Source: Vicugna vicugna (lineage: Eukaryota). Taken from it: 64,000 nucleotides of DNA. The notes below the pieces were generated by a model. The model saw only the letters and a program-made list of their open reading frames with translations, was not told the origin of the DNA and did no database searches. Positions 14,041 through 25,739 of this stretch are shown here, one piece after another (the first letter of the stretch is position 1; every line of letters begins with the position of its first letter). The DNA lies in assembly GCA_013265495.1 (NCBI GenBank), contig MU061326.1, positions 3,596,001 to 3,660,000 on the forward strand, given 5' to 3'. The position numbers and the translations under genes were made by a program.

Positions 14041-14046
14041 CTTAAG

Positions 14047-14238
14047 CAGGAGGTTCTCAAACTGTAGTATGCACACATCAATCATTTGGAATGTTTCTTA
14101 AAACATAGATTGCTGGGCATAGCAATCTAGAATTTGTGATTCAGTAGGTCTGGGAATGACCAGAGAATTTGCATTTTTCACAAGTTCCCAGGGGATCCTG
14201 GAGCTGCTGGTCGAGGGACCACACTTTGAGAACCATTG
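14047..14238 (-). mobile_element. MER5A hAT element, near full length
   Basis: Both termini are present (caggaggttctcaaact ... ctttgagaaccattg), with the internal MER5A core. Confidence 0.85.
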
Positions 14239-14289
14239 CACTAAACATTTGTTCCATCATGTGACTCTGACAGCTTTCACTAAACCATC

Positions 14290-15260
14290 CATTTTTCCCT
14301 TATACAAGTAACTCTGTCATTTATATCCTTCTAGCTAAATTATACTCACAGACTTGTTAGTTTCCTTCCAAATTTTCCTAGAAGTAGAACCTGGGTCCAT
14401 GTGTATGCAAAATTGTAAGGTTTTTGATCATTATTGCCAGATTGCCTATCAGAACGTTTTTATAAATTTTTAATCCTGCCAACATATACAAAAGTCACCA
14501 TTTTCAGGCATCTTTATAAATACAGTAGAGTGTTTTATCATTCGTTAAAATCCCTGCCAATTGATAAATGAGAAAATGAAACTAGTGTTTTACTTTGAGT
14601 TATTTTGATAACCAGTAAGATTAAATGGCTTTGCCCATACTTTGGTCCATCTGCATTTGTTGGTTTTGGGGTGGCATCTTCATGACCTTTGCCCATTTTT
14701 CGATGCATCTCTTTGCTGTTTGTTTTATAATTTCAGTTACTCTTCATCCGTAGGGAATACTAAACTTTGTCTTTTATACCTGCTTTCAGTATTTCCCCCA
14801 GTTTCTTGTTTGCCTTTGAATTTTGTTCATGATTACTTTTCAGACAAAAATTTTTTTCCTTTCTATTGTCAGAGCTCTCAGTCCTTCATTCGATGGTGCT
14901 AGGTTTTAGCCTTATGGTTTGGAAACAAAAGCCCCCTTTACCCCTAACCAGATGTAACTATCTCCCCATGTTTTCTACTAGTACTCTCACTGATTTCTTT
15001 TTGTCTTTCAGTGTTCAGACTTTATTTTGGTGAGATAGGAGTTTTCCCTCCATTAATGTCCTAGACCACTTGTTGGGTAACTTGTCCCTGCTCCATCATT
15101 TGGAAAGACCACTTTTATCACAAAATCTTAAGTGTATTAGGGTTTGTTCCTAGAATTTTTTTTATTCCATTAATCTGTCAGCCCTATCCCAGGACCACAC
15201 TGTTAATTATTGACATTTAAAATGCTTTCAATGCATCTCAATTTTCTTCTTTCCTCCCCA
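14290..15260 (-). mobile_element. Old L1 (L1ME-like) fragment
   Basis: cctagaagtagaacctgggtccatg, ttgccagattgcc, gacctttgcccattttt and ggaaagaccactttt are antisense L1 ORF2/3' motifs. Confidence 0.6.
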
Positions 15261-16099
15261 AATTTGGTTAGCAATTATAATGGTTTGCAATTTCCGAAGA
15301 AAATGTTACTTTGTTAGTTTGTCTTGCCTTGGAGAGGTCAGTAAAGTTTTGTCAGATTTCATCTCGAGGTCAAGATCTTTGCTTTCATGAGTTTTAGGGC
15401 TTCAGTTGTGTCAGTCCACAGTTCTGCCCCTTTGTCCATTGGTTTCATTTGTTTTGTGTAGCATATTCAATTTATTTACTTTATTTAATTTTTATAACTT
15501 ATGTCTCCCTCATTTATATAACTTATATCCCCCTTTGAATTACCAGCTTTCTTGAGGGGATGTGGGCTCCAGGTGTGTGTGTCCCCTGGACCGGGGTGAT
15601 GCGGGGCTGGAGGGACAGGCAGAGCTTTTGAAAGCTTGGGGTCCAGGGCAAGGGTCCCTCGTGCTAGGTCCAGGTGAAGCTGTGTCCTGACTGATTGAGA
15701 ATGAGGACTGGGAATGAAGAATGACAAAATAATTCGACCTAGTATCACTTTTCCAAAAGGGCAGTTACCCACTGGTTTCTATGATAATGTTTTTTGAGAT
15801 TATTTGTTGCTGTCGTTTTAATGCTATCGAACAATACAATTGTTTTCTCATTATTCTGTTTAAGGGCATGCATAGCAACAGCATTTTAGACTTAGCGCAA
15901 GAACGAGAAGAGCTGATGGAGGGAAGTTTGCCCAGACACTCAGATGCATTGAAGGCCAACCTGGGGGCTTGGAGAAGAGAACGGTCAGCACGTGTTTTTC
16001 CTTGAGCTTCTCCCAGGCTCTCTCTGCTCAGCTAGGCGTTCCTATTTAAGACCAATCTCTGCACTCAGATCCTCCCCATCCCTTTTTCCTACTTTACAT

Positions 16100-16325
16100 T
16101 TTATTCCATTGCACTTGCCATCACCTGAGAGACTATGTATTTTCTTATTTATTTTGTTTATTGACCCTGTCTTCAAGGATTTAATGTATCGTCTGTGTGC
16201 TCCACCAGAATGGAAGCTGCATGAGGCTTGGACATTTTATTTATTTCCTTCTCTGTGTCTCCTGAGCATCTCAGTCTTCGGCCCATATTAGGTGGGCTCA
16301 AGAATATTCGACTAAGTGAATGAAA
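16100..16325 (+). mobile_element. L2 3' end
   Basis: ccaccagaatggaagctgcatgaggc...ggtgggctcaagaatattcgactaagtgaatgaa. Confidence 0.65.
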
Positions 16326-17431
16326 GCCGGGACCCTCTCCCACCAGAGGTGCGCTGCATTTTCGATCCACACAAACACACGCACCTTTCGTCAGGCTGAG
16401 ACTTGAATCAAATTTAAGGACTTGAAAGATGGGTCATCTCTTCCAGGACATCCTCTGTGTTAATCCCCTTCTTCAGGCTGGCTCCTCCTCCTCGGATTTG
16501 CCATCGCAATTGTGTGAGCAATGCCACAGTGTACCTGCCTGCTGCCTTTCCCCCTCACCCCGTGTAACTGTGAGACTGGCCTGACCCTGAGAGCAGGCGG
16601 GCTCAGATCCTTTAGATCCTTGTGTATGTCGGTGCCTGGCTCATAAGCTGGTCACTACCTGTTCGGTGAACGAATGCAAAAATCTGTAAAGTTCTTAAAT
16701 GAGGACTGGCGCCCGGGATGAAAGATGCAGGGAGATATACTTTATCCGGTTTTGGCTAAGAAATATTTCAAATAGAGCTTTCAGGTCATGCAGGCTTGTG
16801 AGGTAGTAAACTCTCCATTCCGGGAAGTATTCAAGCAGAGGCTGGATAACAGGTGTCAGTGGGCGCTGTGGAGGTGATTACTGCTTTCATTCTCTTGGAG
16901 GGTGAGGTCCCTAAGATCCAGTGATTCTGGGATTCCTGGCTCACGGAGCTTATGTTTAAAACTTTTCAATTTTCTCCTTGCCCTAGCTCCCTTTATTCAT
17001 TTCTCTACCCAGTTCATTTGTCCGGTTGCTTGTATGCATGTGTGTCCCCTGAATTATGAGTGCAGCTGCGATCCATCTCCTGGTTATTCCTAGGGAAATC
17101 CTGCTACCCTTCATTTGCTTGCTCCTTTCAAAACCCATTTGTCTTTATCGAGTGTGCAGATGTGATGGCAGCATCTGTCACTTGCCCAGCGGGCTCTCTT
17201 TTCTCATAAATGATGAAAGGAGAAAGATGATGTCACGTTCTTAAACACTGCAAACAGTTGGATGTCCACTTCAGCCAACGTCGAGATTTACCGATTAACA
17301 TTTACCTTTCTGACTAGAGAGTCACTTTTTTGCTACTTCTGGTTGGCTTCATTTTGTCTTACAAAACAAATTAAAATTTTAACAGGAATTGAAAAAGAAA
17401 GGCAAGATCACTTTTAAAACATACTTATCAG

Positions 17432-17881
17432 TGTATCGATTTCCTAGGGCTCCGGTAACAAATTACCACGAACTTGGTGGCTTAAAAATGAAATATGTTC
17501 TCTCAAAGTTCTGGAGGTCAGAAGTCTGAAATCAAGGTGTCACAGAGCTGGGCTCCCTCCCAAGGCTCTGGGAAGAATCGGTTCTTGGTCTCTTCTAGCT
17601 TCTGGTGGCCCAGGCATTCCTTGGCTGGTGGCTGCATGGGTCCCATCTCTGTCTCTGTGGTCACATTGCCACCACCTCTTCTCTCTCTCCTCCATGAGTC
17701 TCTTATAAGGACACTTGTCTTTGGATTTAGGGCCCACTTGGATCATCCAGGATGATCTTCTTATCTCAGGATCTTTGACTTAATTACACATGCATCAGTT
17801 TTCCAAATATGGTCATACAGTTGCCGTGTATTAGGATGTGGACGTCTCTGTTGGGGAGGGAGCACCATTCATGCCCTTCCA
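17432..17881 (-). mobile_element. MaLR LTR (MLT1C/D-like)
   Basis: tttcctagggctccggtaacaaattaccacgaacttggtggcttaaa...gttctggaggtcagaagtctgaaatcaaggtgtc...cttataaggacact. Confidence 0.9.
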
Positions 17882-18012
17882 GGCAGTAAGTCAGGAGAGC
17901 TTATGGGAAGAAAAGGAAACTGAGTGAGGTCTCTCTTGGACATGCTGGGGAATGCCACTTTACTGAGTCAGTGGTCCCTATGAACAGAGACCCCATATTA
18001 CTGTCATACTAA

Positions 18013-18240
18013 CATGATAATGATAACAGCTGTAATTTTTGGAGCACTTGTTGTGTGCCAGGTGTTGTTCTGATCAATTTCACTGGCATTATCTCAGCTA
18101 ATTCTCTCAAGTCTGTGAGGAAGCAGCTACCACAAGTGTTGTTTTATAGGCGAAGAAAATGAGTCTTAGAGAAGTTAAGGAACTTGCCTAAGGTCAAAGG
18201 AACAGTAAGTGGAAAAGTCACATTTGTTAGATTCCAAGGG
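18013..18240 (-). mobile_element. MIR SINE
   Basis: gagcacttgttgtgtgccagg...gaaaatgagtcttagagaagttaaggaacttgcctaaggtca. Confidence 0.7.
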
Positions 18241-19420
18241 CTGTATTGGTAACCAGGATGGTTCAGCTCAGTAATGGAAGCGCTCCAGCCTCCCCTGTGA
18301 CGTGTCCAGGCAGAGGCAGGGGAGGGAGTTGACTAGGAGCAGGGTGGCCCAGATGAGCTGGAGAACAGTCTCAAAGCCTTCTGCTCTGTCCTGTCCATGG
18401 GACAGTTTAAAGAAAACCAAACAGCTAGGTTTCCAGAAGTTTCCCTCTACTGCCAAGCTATTGGAGGAAAGAATGCAGATGCCTTCAGATTTGTCATTAG
18501 TTTGGAGATACCAAATACATGCGTCTTGGGGAGGATTGTGAACCACACATGGAAAGGAGACCAGGGTTGATTAGCAATCACACACACACACGCTTACAGC
18601 AGTGCCATCTGTTTGCCAGCCTCTTCCCCATTCTGTCTGAAGGGAGGTGCTGTGCAGACTGGGGAGGTGGAGGCAGGCTCTGTTTAGTCTGTGTTCCTAA
18701 CCCACCAGGACCCAGCTCCAGACTTTCCATCTGAAAGTCCAGGCCACCAGCCCGCCATCCATGAGCTTGCGGTGCTCGCCACCAAACCCTGGGCTTGCGC
18801 ATGCTCACATGCTTTGGGTTTGCCTTTTGGGTTTGGACCAGGCTGGGCTCTGAGGGGCAGTCAGAGTGGGCATCTCGTCTGTGTGGGCTGGAGACATGGA
18901 GGCAGCAATGAAGACAGGAGGAAGTCATTCATTATTTATCATTTATTTTAATGATTTATGTATGCCTCAGTTGCTTTTTTAAAAAGATGAAGCCTTCTAA
19001 TAAAAGGTACAGGGACAACAAAACAGGAGGCCTGTTTTTGAACAGTGAGGTGCCTTTCCATTTGTACGAATGAGCAGAAGGAGCGGTGGACCTCATCGGG
19101 GAGCCGTCCCTGCCTCTCCTGCGTGACCATGACCTTGGTGGAGCCTCCGCTTCCTGCCCCCAGGGAGCTCCAGAGCTGGACTTTGCCTCGACATGGAAGG
19201 TGGGAGAAGAAGCAGTGCAGGAGGAGGGAGGAGCCGGAGGGGGAGAAAGGACAGCGCAGTGTCGTGGGCAGGGCTCAGATCCCCAGGAGTGACCAAGTTA
19301 GGGGGCAGGTACAAGCCCTTCTTTTACAGAAACAAAGGAGATCCCGGGGGTGGAGCAGCATTTAGCTGGTGCATTTTTTAGTCACACAGTGCGCGGGTCG
19401 TGACGGTAAGAGCTCATTCA

Positions 19421-19707
19421 CTGAGGGAGGGATAAACTAGAAATTTGGCATTAACAGATACACACTACTGCACATAAAATATACAAACAACAAAGACATA
19501 CTGTCTATTACAGGGAAATATAGTCAATATCTTGTAACAGCTGTAATGGAAACAAATCTGAAAAAGAATATGTGTATATTATATACATACAAAAATGTGT
19601 GTGTGTCTGTGTGTCTCTAACTGAATTACTTGGCTGTATACCTGAAACAGCCAACTGTACTTCCAATTTATAAAAAAGGAAACAATGGTAAAAAAAATAG
19701 TGGGGGG
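19421..19707 (+). mobile_element. 5'-truncated L1 3' UTR
   Basis: gggataaactagaaatttggcattaacagatacacactac...acagggaaatatagtcaatatcttgtaa, flanked by an 11-bp direct repeat GAGCTCATTCA (19410-19420 / 19708-19718). Confidence 0.8.
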
Positions 19708-20616
19708 GAGCTCATTCATCAGAGAGTGGCTTAGAAATGAAGTGTCCTGGTTGACAGCAGAAGAGAGAATAGGCCCTTCCTGCTGTGAGCTGGGAATACA
19801 CTTGTCTTTATTTTTAAGTGCTTCAGAACCTTCCCACTTTTTGAGAAATGCCGTAAATTAGTCTAGTTTGAAGTTTGGCTTTAATGTCAAAGGCTTCTCA
19901 GTCCCTAAGTAACGAAAGTAATGAAATAATGGAAATGAAAGGTCTTAATTTTTCACTGGCACGCATTTCAAGTGTGACTACAGAGCATCGCTGAACTGTT
20001 TGTGATGTTTATTGTGTATGTGTATGTGTGTGTGTATACACTATATTTGCGTATATATAATATATATATATTTTTTTCTTTTCCTATGTTTTCAAAGATT
20101 CCCATGTTGGAGATTTCTGAAACACATTAGTAGCCACTGACATGAAATTTATAGTTTTAGTGCAATATGTGTGAATTATGTTAGAGCATACATATCATAA
20201 GCTTGGAAAATTAAAAAATAATGAATATCAAGGAAACTGGGGTTTTGAAAGAGGTTTATTCTTTGAAGCTTAGATTACTTTGAGAATATTGGAGTGTTTT
20301 TGCTTTTGCTTTTCGTACATTTGAAAAGGAAATGGCTATCCTGTATGGAGGTTGTTGGTTTGGTTTTTTTTGCATCTCTTTGGGGTTTTTTATCCACAGA
20401 CAAGCATCGTGAACCCAGTATAATCACTGAACGTTTCCTGGTAATTGTTTCTCTATCAATCAGTCATGCCAGCAGTTGTGAAACTTGCTATGAGCTCTCT
20501 ATTCAAAGTCCGAGGCTGTGTCTAGCAATCAGTCATGCCGGAGGTAAGAAACAATATTATAAGCTGTGTGCCGAGATTCTGGGTCCCGGAAGGCGACCTC
20601 CTTTCTAACTCCTTGC

Positions 20617-20880
20617 CCACTCATTCATTCAGGTTTTCAGTCAGTGTTCATGAGTTCCCACGTGGTTCCAGCACCGTTGCAGTCACTGCATCACAGAGAT
20701 GAATGGGGCACCGTCACAGGCCTTACAGTCTGGTGAGGGAGACTGACAAGGAATGGGGTGATTCTAACATGCTAAGTGTTAAGCAAGAAGCTACAGCTTT
20801 TAGAACATTATCTAATTCTGAAAGAAACACCTAGTCAAACTGCAAGGCAGAGATGGGTGAGGCAAGGTCGTCTGTAGAAG
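20617..20880 (-). mobile_element. L2 3' fragment
   Basis: cactcattcattca...ccttacagtctggtgagggagactgacaag. Confidence 0.5.
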
Positions 20881-21189
20881 CTGACCTCTGAGCCAAATCT
20901 TCTTTATCATGGATATTTTAGAAAGGAGGCAGTTAATCACATTTTAAAAAAAAAAAAAAAAAGCTTCCCTTTGCACCCATACAAATGTTAGTAACTGCTT
21001 GACTTACATTACAGATTATACATTACATTTCAGATTACATTTTATAGATTATTATAGATGGTTAGTTACTGGAGAGAAAATATAGTGGGAATCTTTGCCC
21101 ATGAGAGAGTAATAAGGAATTAAACTGAATTATCTTAATCGTTCTGTGGTCATTCTGGTCGTTGAGTGGAAGGGTTCATTTGAATTCTT

Positions 21190-21784
21190 TTTTTTTTTAT
21201 TGAGGTATAGTTGATTTACAATATTATATTGGTTATAGGTGTACAGCACAGTGATTCAATAGTTTTATAGATTATGCTCCATTTAAAGTTATTTCAAAAT
21301 ATTGACTGTATTCTTTGTGCTGTACAATACATCCCTCTAACTTATCTATTTTATATGTAGTAGTTTGTATCTTAATCCTCTGTCCCTGCTTTGCACCCTC
21401 TCCCCTCTCCCCAGTGGTAACCACTGGTTTGTTCTGTATACCTGTGAGTCCGCTTCTATTTTGTTATATTTGTTTGTTTTATGTTTTAGATTCCACATCT
21501 AAGTGACAACATAGAGCATTTGTCTTTCTCTGTCTGACTTACTTCTCTAAGCACGTATACCCTCCAGGTGCANNNNNNNNNNNNNNNNNNNNNNNNNNNN
21601 NNNNNNNNNNNNNNNNNNNNNNNNNNNNNNNNNNNNNNNNNNNNNNNNNNNNNNNNNNNNNNNNNNNNNNNNNNNNNNNNNNNNNNNNNNNNNNNNNNNN
21701 NNNNNNNNNNNNNNNNNNNNATGAGCATTGGGGTGCATGTATATTTTCAAATTAGTGTTTTCATTTTTCTTGAATAAATACCCA
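21190..21784 (-). mobile_element. Artiodactyl L1 3' end with ORF2 C-terminal remnant (spans N gap)
   Basis: Poly-T, then attgaggtatagttgatttacaatatt...ttagattccacatctaagtga. Reverse translation gives LREVSQTEKDKCSMLSLRCGI. 8-bp TSD GAATTCTT (21182-21189 / 21785-21792). Confidence 0.88.
21573..21720. other. Assembly gap (148 N)
   Basis: Run of N. Confidence 1.
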
Positions 21785-22026
21785 GAATTCTTGATCTTAG
21801 AGAAGAATAGATGTTACCAGATGCCAGGCTGGGCAGTAGGGCCAGGAATGACAGCACTAGAGAGTCTGGTCAGGAGTGATGGCAGGAGTGCCTGCAGAGC
21901 TCAGAAGTGGCTCTGTAGGAAGGCCAGAGGTTCTGGGCGGCCACTGAAGGATGCTAGGCAGGCAAGAGCATGCTCAGAGAGGGGTGTTTCAGGGAGATTC
22001 TGTGTGATTGCATTCTGATGGGATGG

Positions 22027-22434
22027 TGGATTTGTTTCCTAGGACTGCTGTAACTAATTTGGGGTCTTAAAACAAGATGAATCAATTCTCTCACAGTTCT
22101 GGAGGCCAGAAATCTCATATCAAGGTGTGGGCAAATGCTGTAAGGGAAAATCCTTCTACGTTGTCCTCCAGCTCCTGGTGGCCTCTTGGTTTATGGCAGC
22201 ATCACTCCACTCTCTGCCTCTGTCTTTACATGGCCTCCTTCCCTGTGTCTCTGAGGCTTTCCCCCTTTAATAAAGACACTAGTTACTGGATTTAGAACCC
22301 ACCTTAAATCCAGGTTGATTTCATCTTGAGATCTTTAGTTAAATCATCTACAAAGACCCTATTTCCAAACAAGATCACTTTCTGAGGTTCCAGGTAGACA
22401 TGAATTTTGGGGTTACCCTAGTCAATCCACTACA
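22027..22434 (-). mobile_element. MaLR LTR (MLT1A/B-like)
   Basis: tttcctaggactgctgtaac...ctcacagttctggaggccagaa...aagaccctatttccaaacaag...ccactaca; 5-bp flanks gatgg/gctgg. Confidence 0.88.
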
Positions 22435-22697
22435 GCTGGGGAAAGTTTCAGAGAGACTCAGGTAATCAGATTCTAGAAGGACCTGGGAAGATACTATAGG
22501 GAGGCCCCTCCAAGGGGAAGGAATGAGAGTATGGGTAAGTAGATTTCAGGAAATGTGTATTTCCTGAACGAGGGAGGAAAGTTTAAAAAGGATGAGGGAT
22601 TATGGATTAAAAACTTAATCTTCACAAAATTTGCTTTCTACACATCTAGGTGTTTTCTGTCACTTAAATCCTAGCTTAGATGCCACTTTCTCTTCTA

Positions 22698-22912
22698 TAA
22701 TAATGGCTAATAACATTTTTTAATCCTTCACTTTCTGGCTAGCACTGTGTTAAGAGCGTTGCTAGCATTATTTTATTTAATTCTTAAATGTTCTTCAGAA
22801 GCAGGTACTATCCTGATCACCCCCCCAACCCCATTTTAAAGATGAAAAAACTGAGTCTTGAAGAGGTTAGGTGACTTGCTAGTAAAGAAATGCTGTAACT
22901 GGGATCTGAAAC
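22698..22912 (-). mobile_element. MIR SINE
   Basis: gcactgtgttaagagc...cccattttaaagatgaaaaaactgagtcttgaagaggttaggtgacttg. Confidence 0.7.
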
Positions 22913-23149
22913 AGACAACCACGCTCCAAAGCCAGTGCGCCCGAACACACATATCACACGCCCCCAGTGCCATCCCCATCAGTAAGGTTAATCTTCCTTT
23001 CTTTGAATCCCCAAACCATGTGGTCTGCACCACTCTTTGGGCCTTTGTCAGTTTCTAGCTAGTTCATTTTTATATGTAGGTTTGTGTACATGTCTGGAGG
23101 GCAGGAGCTGGATCTGTTTCACTTCTGCATGGTGCCCCCAGTGTCTTAC

Positions 23150-24130
23150 ATCTTGATTGCACAAAGGTCATATTCATGAGCGTTCACAGAATAAAAGAGG
23201 AGTAGTAATCCAAAACACAGTTAGATGTCCAGCCTGTGTGAGAGGTAGACAAGGAAACATACAATTATTGAACAGTGTATTGTGCACCAAGACAGAGCAT
23301 AGACTTGGGATGCACCTAAGAAGGGCACTTAGCTCAGACTTGTTGGGGAGGGGAAGGGGAGGTTCAGAGGAGGGCAGGTTCCTGGGCCTGAGGTCCTGAG
23401 CCGCACCCACGGGAGTGGATAGAGGTGGCCCAGGAAGGTTCCAGACAGAGAGAGCAGGGTCTGTTTGGAGCCCCGCATGGGGCTCAGTCTGGCTGGGGGC
23501 GGGAAGAAAGGAGGGTGGTGGCTAGGTATCAGCTTGGGCAGGCAGGCTGCAGCAAGGCCATCAGAACGTTTTCTGTTGTGCTGAAAAGGTTGACTTTTAT
23601 CCAGAGGAAACAATGAAAGAGTTTAAAGAGTGGAAGAGTTAAAGGATCAAACTCAGGTTTTCGGAGAGAGCTCTCAGGCATCTTCACGGTGGAAAGTAAG
23701 TTGTAAGGGGATGAGCCTGGAGGAAGGAAGGTCAGTTAAGCACCAGCTCTGTGTCTAGGAGGAGAGTATGGACGCTGGGAAGCCAGCGGAGCCAGCCCAG
23801 GTGTAGAGAAGGGACGAGAAGGGACGAGGAGGGCTGACCATTAGATGTGAGGATCAGAAGAGCTTGGTGGCCAAGATGGGAGTGCAGGAAGGAAGGGGTC
23901 CAGGTTGACTTCTGATGAGCCTTAGGGGAGCAGCATTTGTGGAAGGGAGGTTAATGATTTGGTTTTTGGACTGGTGAGTTTGCAGCTCCAGGTGCAGATG
24001 TCTAAGGGGTCGCTGGGTTTTGCATCCTTTGCATTGTAGGAGCTGTTTGAATAATAGGAGGCCTGTGTTCTGAAAGAATGAATTTTAGAGTTGGAGGGAG
24101 TTTTGGAAATCACTGAGTTGGGAAGATCTT
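23150..24130 (-). mobile_element. Degraded L2
   Basis: Purine-rich antisense L2 motifs (gatttggtttttggactggtgagtttgcagctccaggtgcagatgtc); boundaries approximate. Confidence 0.55.
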
Positions 24131-24319
24131 CTTAAATAACACAGCGAAAGCCATACCTTTAAGGGAAACGCTTGGCAAATTTGACATCAGTAGTGAAAGC
24201 TTTTGTTCAAGAGGGAGTAACAAAAATAAAACACAAGAAATGGAGCTGGGAAGAACTCCTTAGAGTACACATGCATATAATTGTCAAGGCATTTGTGAAC
24301 TACCCAATAGGGATAAGCC

Positions 24320-24660
24320 ACACATTTGTATATAGTGATGCAAATGAGCAAAGGAAATGAATAGGCAATTCTCAGGAAATAAACATACACTCAGTTTCAC
24401 CTGTAATTAGCAACATGCAAGTTAAACAGCAACGGATATGATTTTACTCCCACCAGACTGCTGAAATAAACAGTTTAAGGAGGGCAGGAAATTTGTGTTA
24501 TCACCACAGAAAAATACACCCCAAACTGAGAATAAACTGGAACAGTTATTTCTAAGGGAAAGTGGGGTGGTTGCTAGGGAGACACTATTTTTATCCGTAA
24601 TGTTTAAATTGTTTTACTAGGAGAATGAGTTTGTGCATTCCTTGTCTATTTAAAATTAAT
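24320..24660 (+). mobile_element. Old L1 3' ORF2/UTR fragment
   Basis: gaaatgaataggcaattctcag...taattagcaacatgcaagttaaac...ctcccaccagactg. Confidence 0.5.
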
Positions 24661-24869
24661 AAAGAAAGAAATCGCCACCTCCCCTCATTTTGCATTATTG
24701 GGTAATTATAAGGAATCATGACACGTGTTACTCACTTACTTTCACAGTAGGAAAATTAGGACTTACATTACCAATTCTGTTATCTTTCTACTACATGTGA
24801 ATGATAGCGAGATGGAATCTAGAAGTAAAGGACATATGGATTTAGAGGAGGAATGTAGTGTGTCTAAAG

Positions 24870-25739
24870 CAGGATTTCTCAATAAGAGTAATATTATTTG
24901 GGGCTGAGCTCTTCTGTGTGGTTGGGGGCCGTCCTGTGCAACGTAGGGTGTTTAGCAGCATCCCTGGCCTCTCCCTGTTAGAGAACAAAACGTGGGGTCC
25001 GCTTGCCTGTGTGCAGTGAAGCCAATCCACTGACACTGGGTTGTGGTGAAGGAAAGTGCGGCATCTATTCCCAGGACCAAGCAAGGAGTCTGGGAAGCTA
25101 ATGCTCAAAAGACCAGACTCTCCAATGAGTTTCAGGGATGCAGTTTTAAAGGCAAGGTGAGGGAGAGGAGTTGCAGGGTGTGTGATCGGCTGGTGCACAG
25201 TTCTCTGATTGGTTGATGGTAAAGTCGCAGGGCGGTGTCACAGAGGTCACTAATTATCAGTTCTCAGGCTCTCGCCGGTCTGGGGGCTACCCGCTCACGG
25301 TCATCATGTAGTTAACGTCTTCCCTCTGGCAGGTGTTTCAGTGTCTGTAAAACAACTCAGGAGTGTGCGTCAGATACTCAGCCATATCCTTCAGGGAGGA
25401 ACTAAAGATTCTGTGACTGTCATATGGCTGATTTACTGTGTAAATTGTTACCAGTTCTCCTGGCTCAACTCTGATTTTTTTTCATCACCACATATTCACG
25501 TTCTTTCAATCATTAATTCTTGAGCCAGCTTTTTGTGACTCAGGGGAGGCGTGGGAAACTAAAGCTTTTCTACAAACAAGAGGCAGATGGAGAACACGGC
25601 TGAGGTCCATCCTGGGAGGGCCCCACAAGGTCCTGCTCAGTTACATCCCCTCTTCCCAAGCTGGGACAACCAAAAATATCTCCAGACATTGACAGATCTC
25701 CCCTGGGTGACACACCTTCCTTTCCAGTGGGAACCACTG
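24870..25739 (-). mobile_element. MER20 split by an LTR (halves 24870-24975 and 25646-25739)
   Basis: The left half ends tgtttagcagcatccctggcctctccc. The right half resumes ...gacaaccaaaaatatctccagacattg...gaaccactg. Confidence 0.85.
24976..25645 (-). mobile_element. Solo ERV1-like LTR
   Basis: tgttagagaac...ggtcctgctcagttaca with a perfect 4-bp TSD TCCC (24972-24975 / 25646-25649). Shares its U3 terminus with the LTRs at 8525 and 10974. Confidence 0.9.

Noticed and set aside
15491-15534. Imperfect short tandem duplication (ataacttat...ccc x2)
   Set aside because: It is consistent with ordinary replication slippage and shows no functional signal.
16339-16358. CTCF-like CCACCAGAGGTGCGC
   Set aside because: The 3' GGCGC core is out of register, so it is a weak match.
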